46,667 bases of DNA from Bacteroidales bacterium (GTDB lineage Bacteria > Bacteroidota > Bacteroidia > Bacteroidales > VadinHA17): positions 1 through 46,667 of the forward strand of contig JAMOUS010000112.1 in the NCBI GenBank assembly GCA_027067975.1, given 5' to 3'. Each line of letters opens with the position of its first letter. Within the stretch, counting starts at the first letter, position 1. Shown piece after piece: positions 1 to 8,971 of this stretch. The translations under genes and the position numbers were made by a program. The notes under the pieces were generated by a model. It worked only from the letters and a program-made list of their open reading frames with translations, searched no databases and was not told the origin of the DNA.

Positions 1-560
<560 letters not shown>

Positions 561-587
561 TCCGGAAATATTTACCGAGGATACAAT

Positions 588-616
588 GCTGCGCACGCCG
601 GTGCGTGGCTTTTATC
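588..616 (+). terminator. Possible intrinsic terminator after ahcY
   Basis: GCGCAC-GCCG-GTGCGT hairpin at 591-606 followed by GGCTTTTAT. The stem is short and the T-run weak. It abuts the stop of the convergent gene at 615. Confidence 0.35.
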
Positions 617-1091
617 AATTATATACGTGAAGGATCTGACCGTCAAAGGCGACGCGGTATCGTTTCAAAGGGTAGCGGGAAGGGCTGTCGGAGGTGGGAT
701 AGCCGTAGTTGGGGAGGACGTATTTTGAATGACATTTCGGGCATTCGGGGGTGATGTCTCCGGTGTTCTTCAGAACCACGGCCTGATCGAGGGTTTCTTC
801 AAAGGGGCAGGTGCGGTCGAAGGCGAAGAACTCGTTCTCCGAGGCGCGGTACACGATGATGCCATGGTCATTGTAGCCTGCCGAAGCGCTCCCCGCGTAA
901 CTTTTATCGATCACGACGGCGTTCCCTGCTACCTGCAGGTCGTTGAACATCGGATCGCTGAGATTGATGGTGAAGTCGACAAACACATTGGGGATCCGTT
1001 GATTTTCTTCACTTTTGCACCCCGGCAGAAGGAGGAGCACACCGAACAATGTTCCCGTAAAAATGTTTATCTTTGAATGAAGGTATCGCAT
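615..1091 (-). CDS. Hypothetical lipoprotein with a Cys-containing beta-rich domain
   Basis: 158-aa ORF with signal peptide and lipobox (LLLLPGC). It has paired Cys motifs (RTCPF ... CPKCH). I recognise no family with confidence. Confidence 0.7.
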   Translation of the reverse strand: MRYLHSKINIFTGTLFGVLLLLPGCKSEENQRIPNVFVDFTINLSDPMFNDLQVAGNAVVIDKSYAGSASAGYNDHGIIVYRASENEFFAFDRTCPFEETLDQAVVLKNTGDITPECPKCHSKYVLPNYGYPTSDSPSRYPLKRYRVAFDGQILHVYN

Positions 1092-1118
1092 GATGATGAT
1101 CCTGAGGTTGCAAAGCTA

Positions 1119-1586
1119 ATGAAATTTATCCGGACAAGGTGGTTTTTTTTGTGGATCCTGGCCCTGACCCTGGCGGTGCAGGTGCCGGCCGAGGCACAGA
1201 ATGCATCCAAGGGCAAAAGCCTTACGGTTCGGCAGAAACGAAAGGTTTCCAGAAAGAACCATAAAAAACCGGCCAAGCCGGGGTTGGATAAGAATAGCAA
1301 GCTCACGCGCGCCGACAAGCAGAAGATGAAGGCGAACCATCGGGAGCCCAAGCCGGTGAAAGAAGCGCGCAAAAAAGAGAAACAAAAAAAGAAAGCTTAT
1401 GAGAGGGCCAGGAAAAAAGAGATCAAACGGCGCTACAAAATGCAAACACCGGAAACCCAGAAGCGGATGAAGCAAACCCGTAAAGAGGCCAATCGTTACA
1501 ACCGCGGAGGCCCCACTTTCTGGGAGCGGTTGTTCGGAGGAGGAAAAAAGAACAAAAAGAAAAAAAAGGAGAAAAATGAAAGGTGA
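1119..1586 (+). CDS. Secreted, extremely Lys/Arg-rich low-complexity protein
   Basis: ORF 1077-1586. The internal ATG at 1119 gives MKFIRTRWFFLWILALTLAVQVPAEAQ, a signal-peptide-like N-terminus. The rest is dominated by K/R/E/Q. Starting at 1077 would overlap the divergent gene's 5' end. Confidence 0.5.
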   Translation: MKFIRTRWFFLWILALTLAVQVPAEAQNASKGKSLTVRQKRKVSRKNHKKPAKPGLDKNSKLTRADKQKMKANHREPKPVKEARKKEKQKKKAYERARKKEIKRRYKMQTPETQKRMKQTRKEANRYNRGGPTFWERLFGGGKKNKKKKKEKNER

Positions 1587-2067
1587 TTGGGGAACCATTC
1601 TTTATGTCGTTTTTTTGATCCTCTTCTCCGTTGCCGGTGCTCTCAACAAAAAGCGCAAGAGTGAAGAAGAGCTGCACAAGAGAAGGGCCCGGCAGCAAGC
1701 ACAGGCAGAGGAAGAACCCTTCTTCACGGGCGATCCTTTGGTGGATGCTTTGCTGGGGAAAGATGAAGAGGAAACCGGAACGAGGACTTCCAAGGAGGGA
1801 AAGCCTGCTCCCAGGGAGGCCCAACAGGGAACAGAAACAAAGGATCGGGCCTTTTACGAAAAGAACCAGCCTGTTCTTTCTCCCGAACAAGAAGGACGGT
1901 CTGCCTTGAAAAAAGAGGAGGACAACAATCGCATTGTGGCCGACCATCCCGACTGGAGAAAGTTTATCCGGGAGCAGCAACAGGAACCGGTGAATCCGGT
2001 GTTGGAAGATTTTGATCCCGTCAAGGCGGTGATCTATTCAGAGATCATGGAACGAAAGTATTTTTAA
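1576..2067 (+). CDS. Membrane-anchored charged protein (N-terminal TM helix, acidic/basic linker, amphipathic C-terminal motif)
   Basis: 163-aa ORF that overlaps the previous ORF by 11 nt. It has an N-terminal hydrophobic helix (ILYVVFLILFSVAGAL) and a C-terminal ...FDPVKAVIYSEIMERKYF. Confidence 0.55.
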   Translation: MKGDWGTILYVVFLILFSVAGALNKKRKSEEELHKRRARQQAQAEEEPFFTGDPLVDALLGKDEEETGTRTSKEGKPAPREAQQGTETKDRAFYEKNQPVLSPEQEGRSALKKEEDNNRIVADHPDWRKFIREQQQEPVNPVLEDFDPVKAVIYSEIMERKYF

Positions 2068-2211
2068 GTGTTTATGTGCTGTGATACTTTGATTTAAACA
2101 AAAAATATTTTTATCTTTACGCCGAAAATAATGGCTGATTTCGGAAAAAAGAGTTCCCGTTGTGTGGAATTCTTTTTGTTTTTATCTGAAGGGTCAAAAA
2201 GTTGAGGAAAT

Positions 2212-2685
2212 ATGGGAGAAGTATCGTACATGACCGAAGAAGGGCTGCGGAAGCTGAAAGAGGAGTTGGACCGTCTCACGCGGATCGAGCGGCCCGCCAT
2301 ATCGCGGCAGATTGCCGAAGCGCGAGACAAGGGAGATCTTTCGGAAAATGCTGAATATGCTGCGGCCAAAGAGGCCCAGGGCATGCTGGAGATGCGCATC
2401 GCCAAACTGGAAAACCTCATCGCCAATGCCCGGGTCATCGATGAGTCGAAAATCAATACCTCGACCGTACAGATGATGAACAAGGTGAAACTTAAGAACC
2501 TTGCCACAGGGCAGCTGATGGAGTACACCCTTGTCTCGGAGAACGAGGCGGATCTTAAAACGGGCAAGCTTTCCATTCAAACCCCTATAGGCAAGGCACT
2601 CATCGGAAAGAAGGCTGGCGAGAAAGTCGAGGTAAAGGTACCCTCGGGGACCATTTCGCTTGAGATTCTTGAGATCTCCATTTAA
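2212..2685 (+). CDS. greA: Transcription elongation factor GreA
   Basis: 157 aa. It shows an N-terminal coiled-coil (GDLSENAEYAAAKE) and a C-terminal globular domain typical of GreA. Confidence 0.95.
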   Translation: MGEVSYMTEEGLRKLKEELDRLTRIERPAISRQIAEARDKGDLSENAEYAAAKEAQGMLEMRIAKLENLIANARVIDESKINTSTVQMMNKVKLKNLATGQLMEYTLVSENEADLKTGKLSIQTPIGKALIGKKAGEKVEVKVPSGTISLEILEISI

Positions 2686-2696
2686 TTTTACAGATC

Positions 2697-3095
2697 ATGG
2701 CATCCGTTTTTTCCAGGATCGTGAAGGGGGAGATCCCCTCGTACAAAGTGGCCGAGGATGAGCGCTATTATGCTTTCCTTGACATCAATCCTCTTGCAAA
2801 GGGCCACACGCTGGTTATCCCGAAGGAAGAGATCGATTATCTCTTTGATCTTCCGGATGAGTTGTTGGCGGGGATGATGGTCTTTTCGAAGAAGGTGGCC
2901 CGGGCCATTGAGAAGGTGGTGCCGTGCAAGCGGATCGGCGTGGCGGTGCTGGGGTTGGAGGTGCCGCATGCGCACATCCACCTGATCCCCATCAACAGCG
3001 AGGCCGATATCAGTTTTTCACGGCCCAAGCTGCGTCTTTCTGACGAGGAGTTCCGCGACCTGGCCGGACGGATCGCGGCGGAGGTGCGGCTATAA
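2697..3095 (+). CDS. HIT (histidine triad) family protein
   Basis: 132 aa with the histidine triad HAHIHLIP and the N-terminal FSRIVKGEIPSYKV motif. Confidence 0.9.
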   Translation: MASVFSRIVKGEIPSYKVAEDERYYAFLDINPLAKGHTLVIPKEEIDYLFDLPDELLAGMMVFSKKVARAIEKVVPCKRIGVAVLGLEVPHAHIHLIPINSEADISFSRPKLRLSDEEFRDLAGRIAAEVRL

Positions 3096-3112
3096 TTGTA
3101 CGCAGCGATTCA

Positions 3113-3679
3113 TCATTTGGTGAGGCGGCCGGGGTTTCTCCGGATGAAATCTTTCCATGAGGAAGAGGAGCCGCTTTTTTTTACCCCCTGGTTCTCGAAG
3201 TAGTGGCATACGGCGGCGGCGAGGGCGTCGCTGGCGTCGAGCTGGTGCGGCATCTCGCGAAAATGCAGGATGTGGGTGAGCATGGCCGACACCTGTTCTT
3301 TGGAGGCGCTTCCCTCGCCGGTGATGGCCATCTTGATCTTCGTCGGGGCATATTCGAAGACCGGCACCTCCCGGTAGAGGCCGGCGGCGATGGCGGCTCC
3401 CTGGGCACGGCCCAGCTTTAGCATCGACTGGACATTCTTGCCGTAAAAAGGAGCTTCAATGGCCAGCTCGTCGGGATGGTAAGCATCCACCAGGCCCAGG
3501 ACCCTTTCGAAGATATGTTTGAGTTTCAAAAAGTGGGAACCGTATTTCCGCAGGTCGATCACCCCGATGGCCACGACATGCAACTCCCTTCCTTTCACTT
3601 GCAAGATGCCGTAACCGGTGAAGTTGGTGCCGGGGTCAACCCCGAGGATCACCTTCTCTTTTTTGGGCGTGTCAGCCAT
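3113..3679 (-). CDS. ruvC: Crossover junction endodeoxyribonuclease RuvC
   Basis: 188 aa. ILGVDPGTNFTGYGIL at the N-terminus and the overall pattern match RuvC. Confidence 0.95.
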   Translation of the reverse strand: MADTPKKEKVILGVDPGTNFTGYGILQVKGRELHVVAIGVIDLRKYGSHFLKLKHIFERVLGLVDAYHPDELAIEAPFYGKNVQSMLKLGRAQGAAIAAGLYREVPVFEYAPTKIKMAITGEGSASKEQVSAMLTHILHFREMPHQLDASDALAAAVCHYFENQGVKKSGSSSSWKDFIRRNPGRLTK

Positions 3680-3691
3680 GATCGTACTGCA

Positions 3692-4984
3692 TCATAAGGC
3701 TCCGATTTCCCGGTAGATGCCTTTCCAGGCGGGCAGGCGGGAGGAGAATGACTTTCGCTGGCCGGGATGGGGGAAGATCCCGGTCTCGAGGTATTCGATC
3801 GCATCCTTCAGACGGGGTTCCCGCCGGTCGGTGAAAGCGTACTGCAAGCCATCTTCGGCATAGTCGTCGGCCGGAATGCCGTCGAAATAGTCGCCTTCGC
3901 CGTTGGCATTGACCAGCTTGAAACATACCGGAACAAAGACATATTTGTCGTATATCCAAGAATGCATGCCCACTGGCTTGCCGTAGGTGCGGTCGCCGAT
4001 GAGGGCGACGGTCATGAAGGGTTTCAGGCCGTTGATGACCACCTCGCTGGCGGAGGCGCTCCCCCGGCTGGTGATATAGATAACCCGGGAGAGGTTCAAG
4101 GCCTGGTCCTGTTTCGTGAAAGGAATGTTCTCGTCCTGGTTGCGGCGTTTGTCGTTATGTTCAAGACGGCAGAGGGTCTTGCCTTCGTTGGCATTGCCGG
4201 CGATGAGACTGCCCAGCTGCTGGGCTACGTCGAGGCTGCCGCCGCCGTTATACCGCAAGTCGACGATCAGCTCGGTCGCATTCACCGACCGGAAGAAAGC
4301 AAAGGCGCTGTCCAACTCGGCCTTGGCCGTCCGCACAAAGGTCTGGAAGACCAGGTGTCCTACCACCTGGCCGTTCACATGGAGCGTGTCGGTCACCAGC
4401 ACCGCATTGATCTGGATGGTGTCTTTGACAGCCGTGAAAGAGACCTCCGTGCTGTCGGGTTTGACAAAGGTGAACTTTCTCTCCACGCCGGCCACCGGCT
4501 CGCCCATCAGGGGTGCCAGCTCCTCATTGGGTGCCAGCTCATGGTCGTCGACCGCCTTGAGACGCCAGCCACGCCGGACACCATCCGGATAGAGGGGCGA
4601 ATCCTTAAAGACAAAAGTGATCCAGATCCTTCCTTCGGCATCATAGGCATAGCCGTAGCCAAACCCCAAATATTGTCCGGCACCGAAGTAGCTTTCGAAA
4701 AGCGACTTCTCCGCTACAAAGCTCCATTTGTCCAGTTCCTTGTAACGCAGGGCCTCAAGAAGATCTTCGGGGCCTTTGTAATCGGAAGGATTGATCTTGG
4801 GCATCTTGTCGTACCAAAGATACCAGTCGTTCATAATCTTGTAGAGCTGGTCACGTGCCCGTTCTTCGACGGTGGATTCCCGTTCCGGCGGGAGAGGTTC
4901 CTCTTTGCGGCAGGATAACAGCAAGACAACCGTGGCGGCCATCACCAGGATTACACTTGCCCGTCTTTCAAGGATCTTCATCAT
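3692..4984 (-). CDS. S41 family peptidase (lipoprotein)
   Basis: S41 motifs RYNGGGS and TSRGSASASE are present. The track ORF extends to 5236, but that extension overlaps eamA. The ATG at 4984 gives MMKILERRASVILVMAATVVLLLSC (lipobox) and forms an ATGA overlap with the eamA stop. Confidence 0.85.
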   Translation of the reverse strand: MMKILERRASVILVMAATVVLLLSCRKEEPLPPERESTVEERARDQLYKIMNDWYLWYDKMPKINPSDYKGPEDLLEALRYKELDKWSFVAEKSLFESYFGAGQYLGFGYGYAYDAEGRIWITFVFKDSPLYPDGVRRGWRLKAVDDHELAPNEELAPLMGEPVAGVERKFTFVKPDSTEVSFTAVKDTIQINAVLVTDTLHVNGQVVGHLVFQTFVRTAKAELDSAFAFFRSVNATELIVDLRYNGGGSLDVAQQLGSLIAGNANEGKTLCRLEHNDKRRNQDENIPFTKQDQALNLSRVIYITSRGSASASEVVINGLKPFMTVALIGDRTYGKPVGMHSWIYDKYVFVPVCFKLVNANGEGDYFDGIPADDYAEDGLQYAFTDRREPRLKDAIEYLETGIFPHPGQRKSFSSRLPAWKGIYREIGAL

Positions 4985-5898
4985 CTTTCGTTTTTGTCCG
5001 GCCCGACCCGGTCGGGGGTCAGGGGACGATAGTTCTGTACAAATATACCACCAATTATCAAGAACAACCCGGCCAGGGTGGTCAGGTGGATCTTTTCTCC
5101 AATGAAAAAGTGCAGAAAGAAGAGGGACAAAAAGGGTGCCAGATAGACCAGGTTGCTGATGGTGGCGGTATTGCGGGCTGTCTGGAGGGCTTTCAGCCAC
5201 AGGAGGAAGGTGATGCCCATCTCGAAAAAGCCGCAATAGAGGCTGGCGAGCAGAGCTTTGGGGGAGGGAAGAAGGGACTCATGACGAAAGAGCATAAAAA
5301 GGGAGATGTAGAGGAAGGCAAATAGGAAGTTGGTGAAGAGTCGGATCACCTCTTCCCTTTTGTCTTTCATTTGCAGCACCCAGAATAGGGCCCAGATCAC
5401 CGAGCTGCCGGCAGCGAGAAAGACGGCGGGCAGGTCGGTATCGCGGAAGTCGAACGGCCTGCCCTGCGACGAAACAAAGAAAATGCCGGCAAAGCTGATC
5501 AGCAGGGCAAGATAGCTGCGTGGAGGGATCTTTTGGCGCAGGAGCAGGGCGGAGAGGTAGACCAACACGAGCGGCCAGATCATGTTGAGGGGCTGGGCCA
5601 CCTGCCCCGGCAGACGGGAATAGGCTTCGAAGAGGATCAGGTAGTAGGCGAAAGGGCTCAACACCCCCAGCATGGCAGAACGGAACCATTCCTGTTTGGA
5701 TTGCCGGAGGATCTGCCGGCTCTTGTCCCCGGCAAGGATGATCACGGCAAAGATCCCCAGCGAGGTGGCATTGGCCCAGAAAAGAAAAAGGGGTGGAGAG
5801 GTATCGGCCAGTCCCGCCTTGAACGCGGTAGGAATGGTGGCCCAGAAAAAGATGGCGGTGAGGGCCGGCACATAAGGACGGTAGCGGGACCGTTCCAT
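4981..5898 (-). CDS. EamA/DMT family transporter
   Basis: 305 aa with about 10 hydrophobic helices and a two-fold EamA-like repeat architecture. It starts 3 nt after the serS stop. Confidence 0.85.
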   Translation of the reverse strand: MERSRYRPYVPALTAIFFWATIPTAFKAGLADTSPPLFLFWANATSLGIFAVIILAGDKSRQILRQSKQEWFRSAMLGVLSPFAYYLILFEAYSRLPGQVAQPLNMIWPLVLVYLSALLLRQKIPPRSYLALLISFAGIFFVSSQGRPFDFRDTDLPAVFLAAGSSVIWALFWVLQMKDKREEVIRLFTNFLFAFLYISLFMLFRHESLLPSPKALLASLYCGFFEMGITFLLWLKALQTARNTATISNLVYLAPFLSLFFLHFFIGEKIHLTTLAGLFLIIGGIFVQNYRPLTPDRVGPDKNER

Positions 5899-5901
5899 CG
5901 T

Positions 5902-7176
5902 TCAGCGGATCATCTCGAAGCCGGTATAAGGCACCAGCGCCGGCGGTATGCGGATGCCTTCGGACGACTGGTTGTTCTCGAGCAGGGCGGCGATGATACG
6001 GGGCAGGGCCAGCGCACTGCCGTTGAGGGTATGTGCCAAGCGGGTGTGTTTGCTGCCTTTCTCGCGAAAACGTAGCTTCAGACGGTTGGCCTGGAACGAT
6101 TCAAAGTTGGACACCGAGCTCACTTCCAGCCATTTCCTCTGGGCAGCCGCAAATACCTCGAAATCGTAAGTGAGGGCCGAAGTGAACGACAGATCGCCGC
6201 CACATAGCTGGACGATACGGTAAGGCAGTTCCAGTTTTTTCACCAGATTTTCCACGTGAGCCACCATCCGCTCCAGGGTTTGGTAGGATCGGTCGGGATG
6301 ATCGATCTCAACGATCTCCACCTTGTCGAACTGATGGACGCGGTTGAGACCGCGCACATCTTTGCCGTAAGAGCCGGCCTCGCGACGGAAACAGGGTGTA
6401 TAGGCGGTGTTGCGTACCGGCAGTTGTTCCTCGTCGAGGATGACGTTGCGGTAGATGTTGGTGACGGGCACCTCAGCGGTGGGGATCAGATAAAAGGGAT
6501 CGGCCTCCAGCTTGTACATTTGGCCCTCTTTGTCAGGCAACTGGCCGGTGGCGAAAGCGGAGTCTTCATTGACCATCAAGGGGGGCAGCACCTCGCGGTA
6601 TCCGGCAGCCACCGCTTCGTCGAGGAAGAAACTGATCAGTGCCCGTACAAGCCGTGCTCCCAGGCCGGTGAAGAGGGGGAAACCTGCGCCCGTGAGCTTG
6701 TTGCCTGTCTCAAAATCGATCAGGCCGTATTTTTTCCCCAGCTCCCAGTGAGGAAGGGCATCCTCCTCCAGCTCGGGCAAAGAGCCGCCACGCCTTACCT
6801 CAACATTGTCTTCTTCCCCCTTGCCGGGAGGTACGGACGGATGGGGAAGATTGGGAAGGGTTACCAGCAAGGCTTCCAGCTCCTGTTCAGCCTCGTGAAG
6901 ACGGGCATGCAGCCCTTTGATCTCTTCCTTCAGACGGCTCATCTCTTCCCGCGCCCGGTTGGCCTCGTCGACCTTTTTTTCGCGGAAGAGTGCGCCGATC
7001 TCTTTCGAGCGTTTGTTGAGCTCCGCCTGTTTCTGATCGGCAGAGGTCTGCAACTGCCGTCTTTCCTCGTCGAGCTTCAGGATCGAAGCCAGCGTCCCGG
7101 CAGCGTCGAAGTTCTTGATCCTGAGACGTTCAACAACCTCTTCCGGATTTTCCCGGATCTGTTTCAGTGTGAGCAT
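5902..7176 (-). CDS. serS: Serine--tRNA ligase
   Basis: 424 aa with an N-terminal coiled-coil arm and class II core motifs (FRREAGS..., TLNGSALA). Confidence 0.97.
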   Translation of the reverse strand: MLTLKQIRENPEEVVERLRIKNFDAAGTLASILKLDEERRQLQTSADQKQAELNKRSKEIGALFREKKVDEANRAREEMSRLKEEIKGLHARLHEAEQELEALLVTLPNLPHPSVPPGKGEEDNVEVRRGGSLPELEEDALPHWELGKKYGLIDFETGNKLTGAGFPLFTGLGARLVRALISFFLDEAVAAGYREVLPPLMVNEDSAFATGQLPDKEGQMYKLEADPFYLIPTAEVPVTNIYRNVILDEEQLPVRNTAYTPCFRREAGSYGKDVRGLNRVHQFDKVEIVEIDHPDRSYQTLERMVAHVENLVKKLELPYRIVQLCGGDLSFTSALTYDFEVFAAAQRKWLEVSSVSNFESFQANRLKLRFREKGSKHTRLAHTLNGSALALPRIIAALLENNQSSEGIRIPPALVPYTGFEMIR

Positions 7177-7204
7177 GGCGGCTAGGTTTAAGGACGGGTC
7201 AAAT

Positions 7205-7244
7205 TAAAAAAAATCCCGGAACATGAGGCTTCATGTTCCGGGAT
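7205..7244 (-). terminator. Intrinsic terminator after rpmA
   Basis: Perfect 14-bp inverted repeat ATCCCGGAACATGA/TCATGTTCCGGGAT (7213-7226 / 7231-7244) with a 4-nt loop. On the minus strand a T-run (A-run 7205-7213 on plus) follows it. Confidence 0.75.
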
Positions 7245-7262
7245 CCCTAAGATATCTTTGGG

Positions 7263-7532
7263 CTAATTTTGGGCCTCTTCGACGGGGATCACCGAGACGT
7301 AGGATTTGTTGTTACGTCTTTTTTTGAATTGTACGATGCCGTCGACGAGGGCGAAGAGGGTATGGTCATTGCCCATGCCCACGTTCTCGCCGGGGTGATG
7401 GCGTGTACCGCGCTGCCGTACGATGATGTTGCCCGCTTTGGCGAACTGTCCGCCAAATAGCTTGATTCCCAGTCGTTTGCTTTCCGATTCGCGGCCGTTT
7501 CTAGAACTACCTGCTCCTTTTTTGTGTGCCAT
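7263..7532 (-). CDS. rpmA: 50S ribosomal protein L27
   Basis: 89 aa. [24 protein letters not shown]... is the canonical L27 N-terminus. Confidence 0.97.
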   Translation of the reverse strand: MAHKKGAGSSRNGRESESKRLGIKLFGGQFAKAGNIIVRQRGTRHHPGENVGMGNDHTLFALVDGIVQFKKRRNNKSYVSVIPVEEAQN

Positions 7533-7552
7533 GGTGCTGAAATATTAAGTCT

Positions 7553-8155
7553 TTATTTTTCTTCTTTTTTCTCTTTGTCGTCGCGCTTCTTGGCTGTACT
7601 GCCTTTGGCAGTGGCGCTGTTTTTCTTGGCCGTGGCGGCCTTGGTGGTCTTTTGGGCCGTTGCCTTGGGCTCTTCTTTTTTCTTTTCCGTGCCGCTTTTG
7701 GCCGTAGCCTTCTTGGGAGCGGCTTTGGTTTTGCTGTCGGCGGCCGCTTCGTTCTTGGCCTTGGGAGCGGTCTTGGCGGCAGGCTTCTCTTCTGCGGAAT
7801 CTTCTTTCTTCTTAGCGGTGGCTTTGGCCTTCGGAGCCGCCTTGGCTTTTCCGATCGACTCGATCAAGATCTCGGTGAAAAGCTGACGATGACCGTTCAG
7901 TTTCTGATAGCCTTTTCTCCTCTTCTTCTTGAACACTTTCACCTTGTCACCCTTCAGGTGGGTGATCACCGTCGCCTTCACTTCATAACCTTTCACCACC
8001 GGCGTTCCGACGAGTGTTTTGCCACCGTCTTCCACCAGCAGCACCTTCTCGACCGTGATCTTTTCCCCTTCTTTTTGCGGCAGACGGTTCACAAAGATCT
8101 TGTCATCTTTCTCCACCTTGAACTGTTGCCCGGCAACTTCGACAATCGCAAACAT
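7553..8155 (-). CDS. rplU: 50S ribosomal protein L21 with a long Lys/Ala-rich C-terminal extension
   Basis: The core MFAIVEVAGQQFKV...KVFKKKRRKGY is L21. I chose the start at ATG 8155 because the GTG at 8215 lies inside the predicted promoter. The last ~95 residues are K/A/T/E/P low complexity. Confidence 0.9.
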   Translation of the reverse strand: MFAIVEVAGQQFKVEKDDKIFVNRLPQKEGEKITVEKVLLVEDGGKTLVGTPVVKGYEVKATVITHLKGDKVKVFKKKRRKGYQKLNGHRQLFTEILIESIGKAKAAPKAKATAKKKEDSAEEKPAAKTAPKAKNEAAADSKTKAAPKKATAKSGTEKKKEEPKATAQKTTKAATAKKNSATAKGSTAKKRDDKEKKEEK

Positions 8156-8196
8156 ATCTTCTTGCATTAAAGAGTTGTAACTGAAATTTGGGACTG

Positions 8197-8226
8197 CAAA
8201 AATATAAAAATTCACTTAGATTCAAA
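8197..8226 (-). promoter_or_regulatory. Bacteroidota-type promoter for rplU-rpmA
   Basis: On the minus strand: TTTG (8226-8223), an 18-nt spacer, then TATTTTTG (8204-8197). This matches the -33 TTTG / -7 TAnnTTTG consensus, about 45 nt upstream of ATG 8155. Confidence 0.5.
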
Positions 8227-8330
8227 TATTTTGGTCAAATAATTATTTCCGGCCCCGAGGGGGTCAGTATTTATATACGGAATCATTATATTTGTGAACC
8301 CCTGAGGGGGAGCTAAAAAAAAAATCAGGT

Positions 8331-8930
8331 ATGGCGAGAATCAGATTGAACGTACTGGGTTTGTCCCTCAGCCATGCGCAGACAGGGGCCTATGCACTGG
8401 TTTTGTCCGAGCAGGAGGGGCGACGGCGAATACCCATCATCATTGGGCAATGTGAGGCGCAGGCGATCGCCATTGCCCTGGAAAATCTGCAGGCACCCCG
8501 TCCGCTTACGCACGATCTTTTTTACAATTTTGCCAAGGCATTCGATATCGTCCTCGAAGAGGTTGAGATCTACAAACTGGAAGAAGGGGTCTTTTTCAGT
8601 AAGCTGATCTGCCGTCAGGATGACCGGCAGGTGGTCATTGATGCACGTACCTCCGATGCGATCGCTTTAGCGGTACGTTTTGTTTGTCCGATATACACCA
8701 CTGAAGAGATCATGGCGCGTGCCGGGATGGTGATCGAGCCCGACGAGATGGAAGAAGAACTGGAAGAACAGGAAGGGACGACCATCGAGGAAGATCCGGC
8801 GGCAGAGTTGCGCCGCTATACCCTGAAAGAGCTCAACGAGATGCTCAACAAAGCGATCGAAGAAGAAGCTTATGAACGGGCTTCGCTGATCCGTGACGAG
8901 ATCAAACGCCGGAAGCAGCAGCGGCAATGA
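8331..8930 (+). CDS. Bifunctional nuclease family protein (DUF151) with C-terminal UVR motif
   Basis: 199 aa. The pattern ...IPIIIGQCEAQAIAIAL...RPLTHDL...IDARTSDAIALAVR is DUF151-like. The C-terminal LNKAIEEEAYERASLIRDEI is UVR-like. Confidence 0.85.
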   Translation: MARIRLNVLGLSLSHAQTGAYALVLSEQEGRRRIPIIIGQCEAQAIAIALENLQAPRPLTHDLFYNFAKAFDIVLEEVEIYKLEEGVFFSKLICRQDDRQVVIDARTSDAIALAVRFVCPIYTTEEIMARAGMVIEPDEMEEELEEQEGTTIEEDPAAELRRYTLKELNEMLNKAIEEEAYERASLIRDEIKRRKQQRQ

Positions 8931-8971
8931 CCTTCGCGGCTGCATGATCCGAATAAACCCTGAAAAATCCG

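Noticed and set aside
1560-1567. An A8 run just before the 1576 start codon, considered as a programmed frameshift or transcriptional slippage site that would fuse the two charged ORFs.
   Set aside because: The run is shorter than typical slippage tracts. The downstream ORF has its own ATG with an AAGGAG-like element, and I see no stimulatory structure. I kept it only as a side note in the finding on this gene pair.
4985-5236. An 84-codon N-terminal extension of the S41 peptidase ORF (track ORF 3692-5236).
   Set aside because: The extension overlaps the eamA 3' end in another frame and has no signal peptide. The ATG at 4984 yields a clean lipoprotein signal and an ATGA coupling overlap.
7553-7900. 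Repetitive GCC/AAG-rich DNA that looked like a tandem repeat or array.
   Set aside because: The repeats are imperfect, have no fixed period and no spacers. The stretch is fully explained as the in-frame Lys/Ala-rich tail of rplU.
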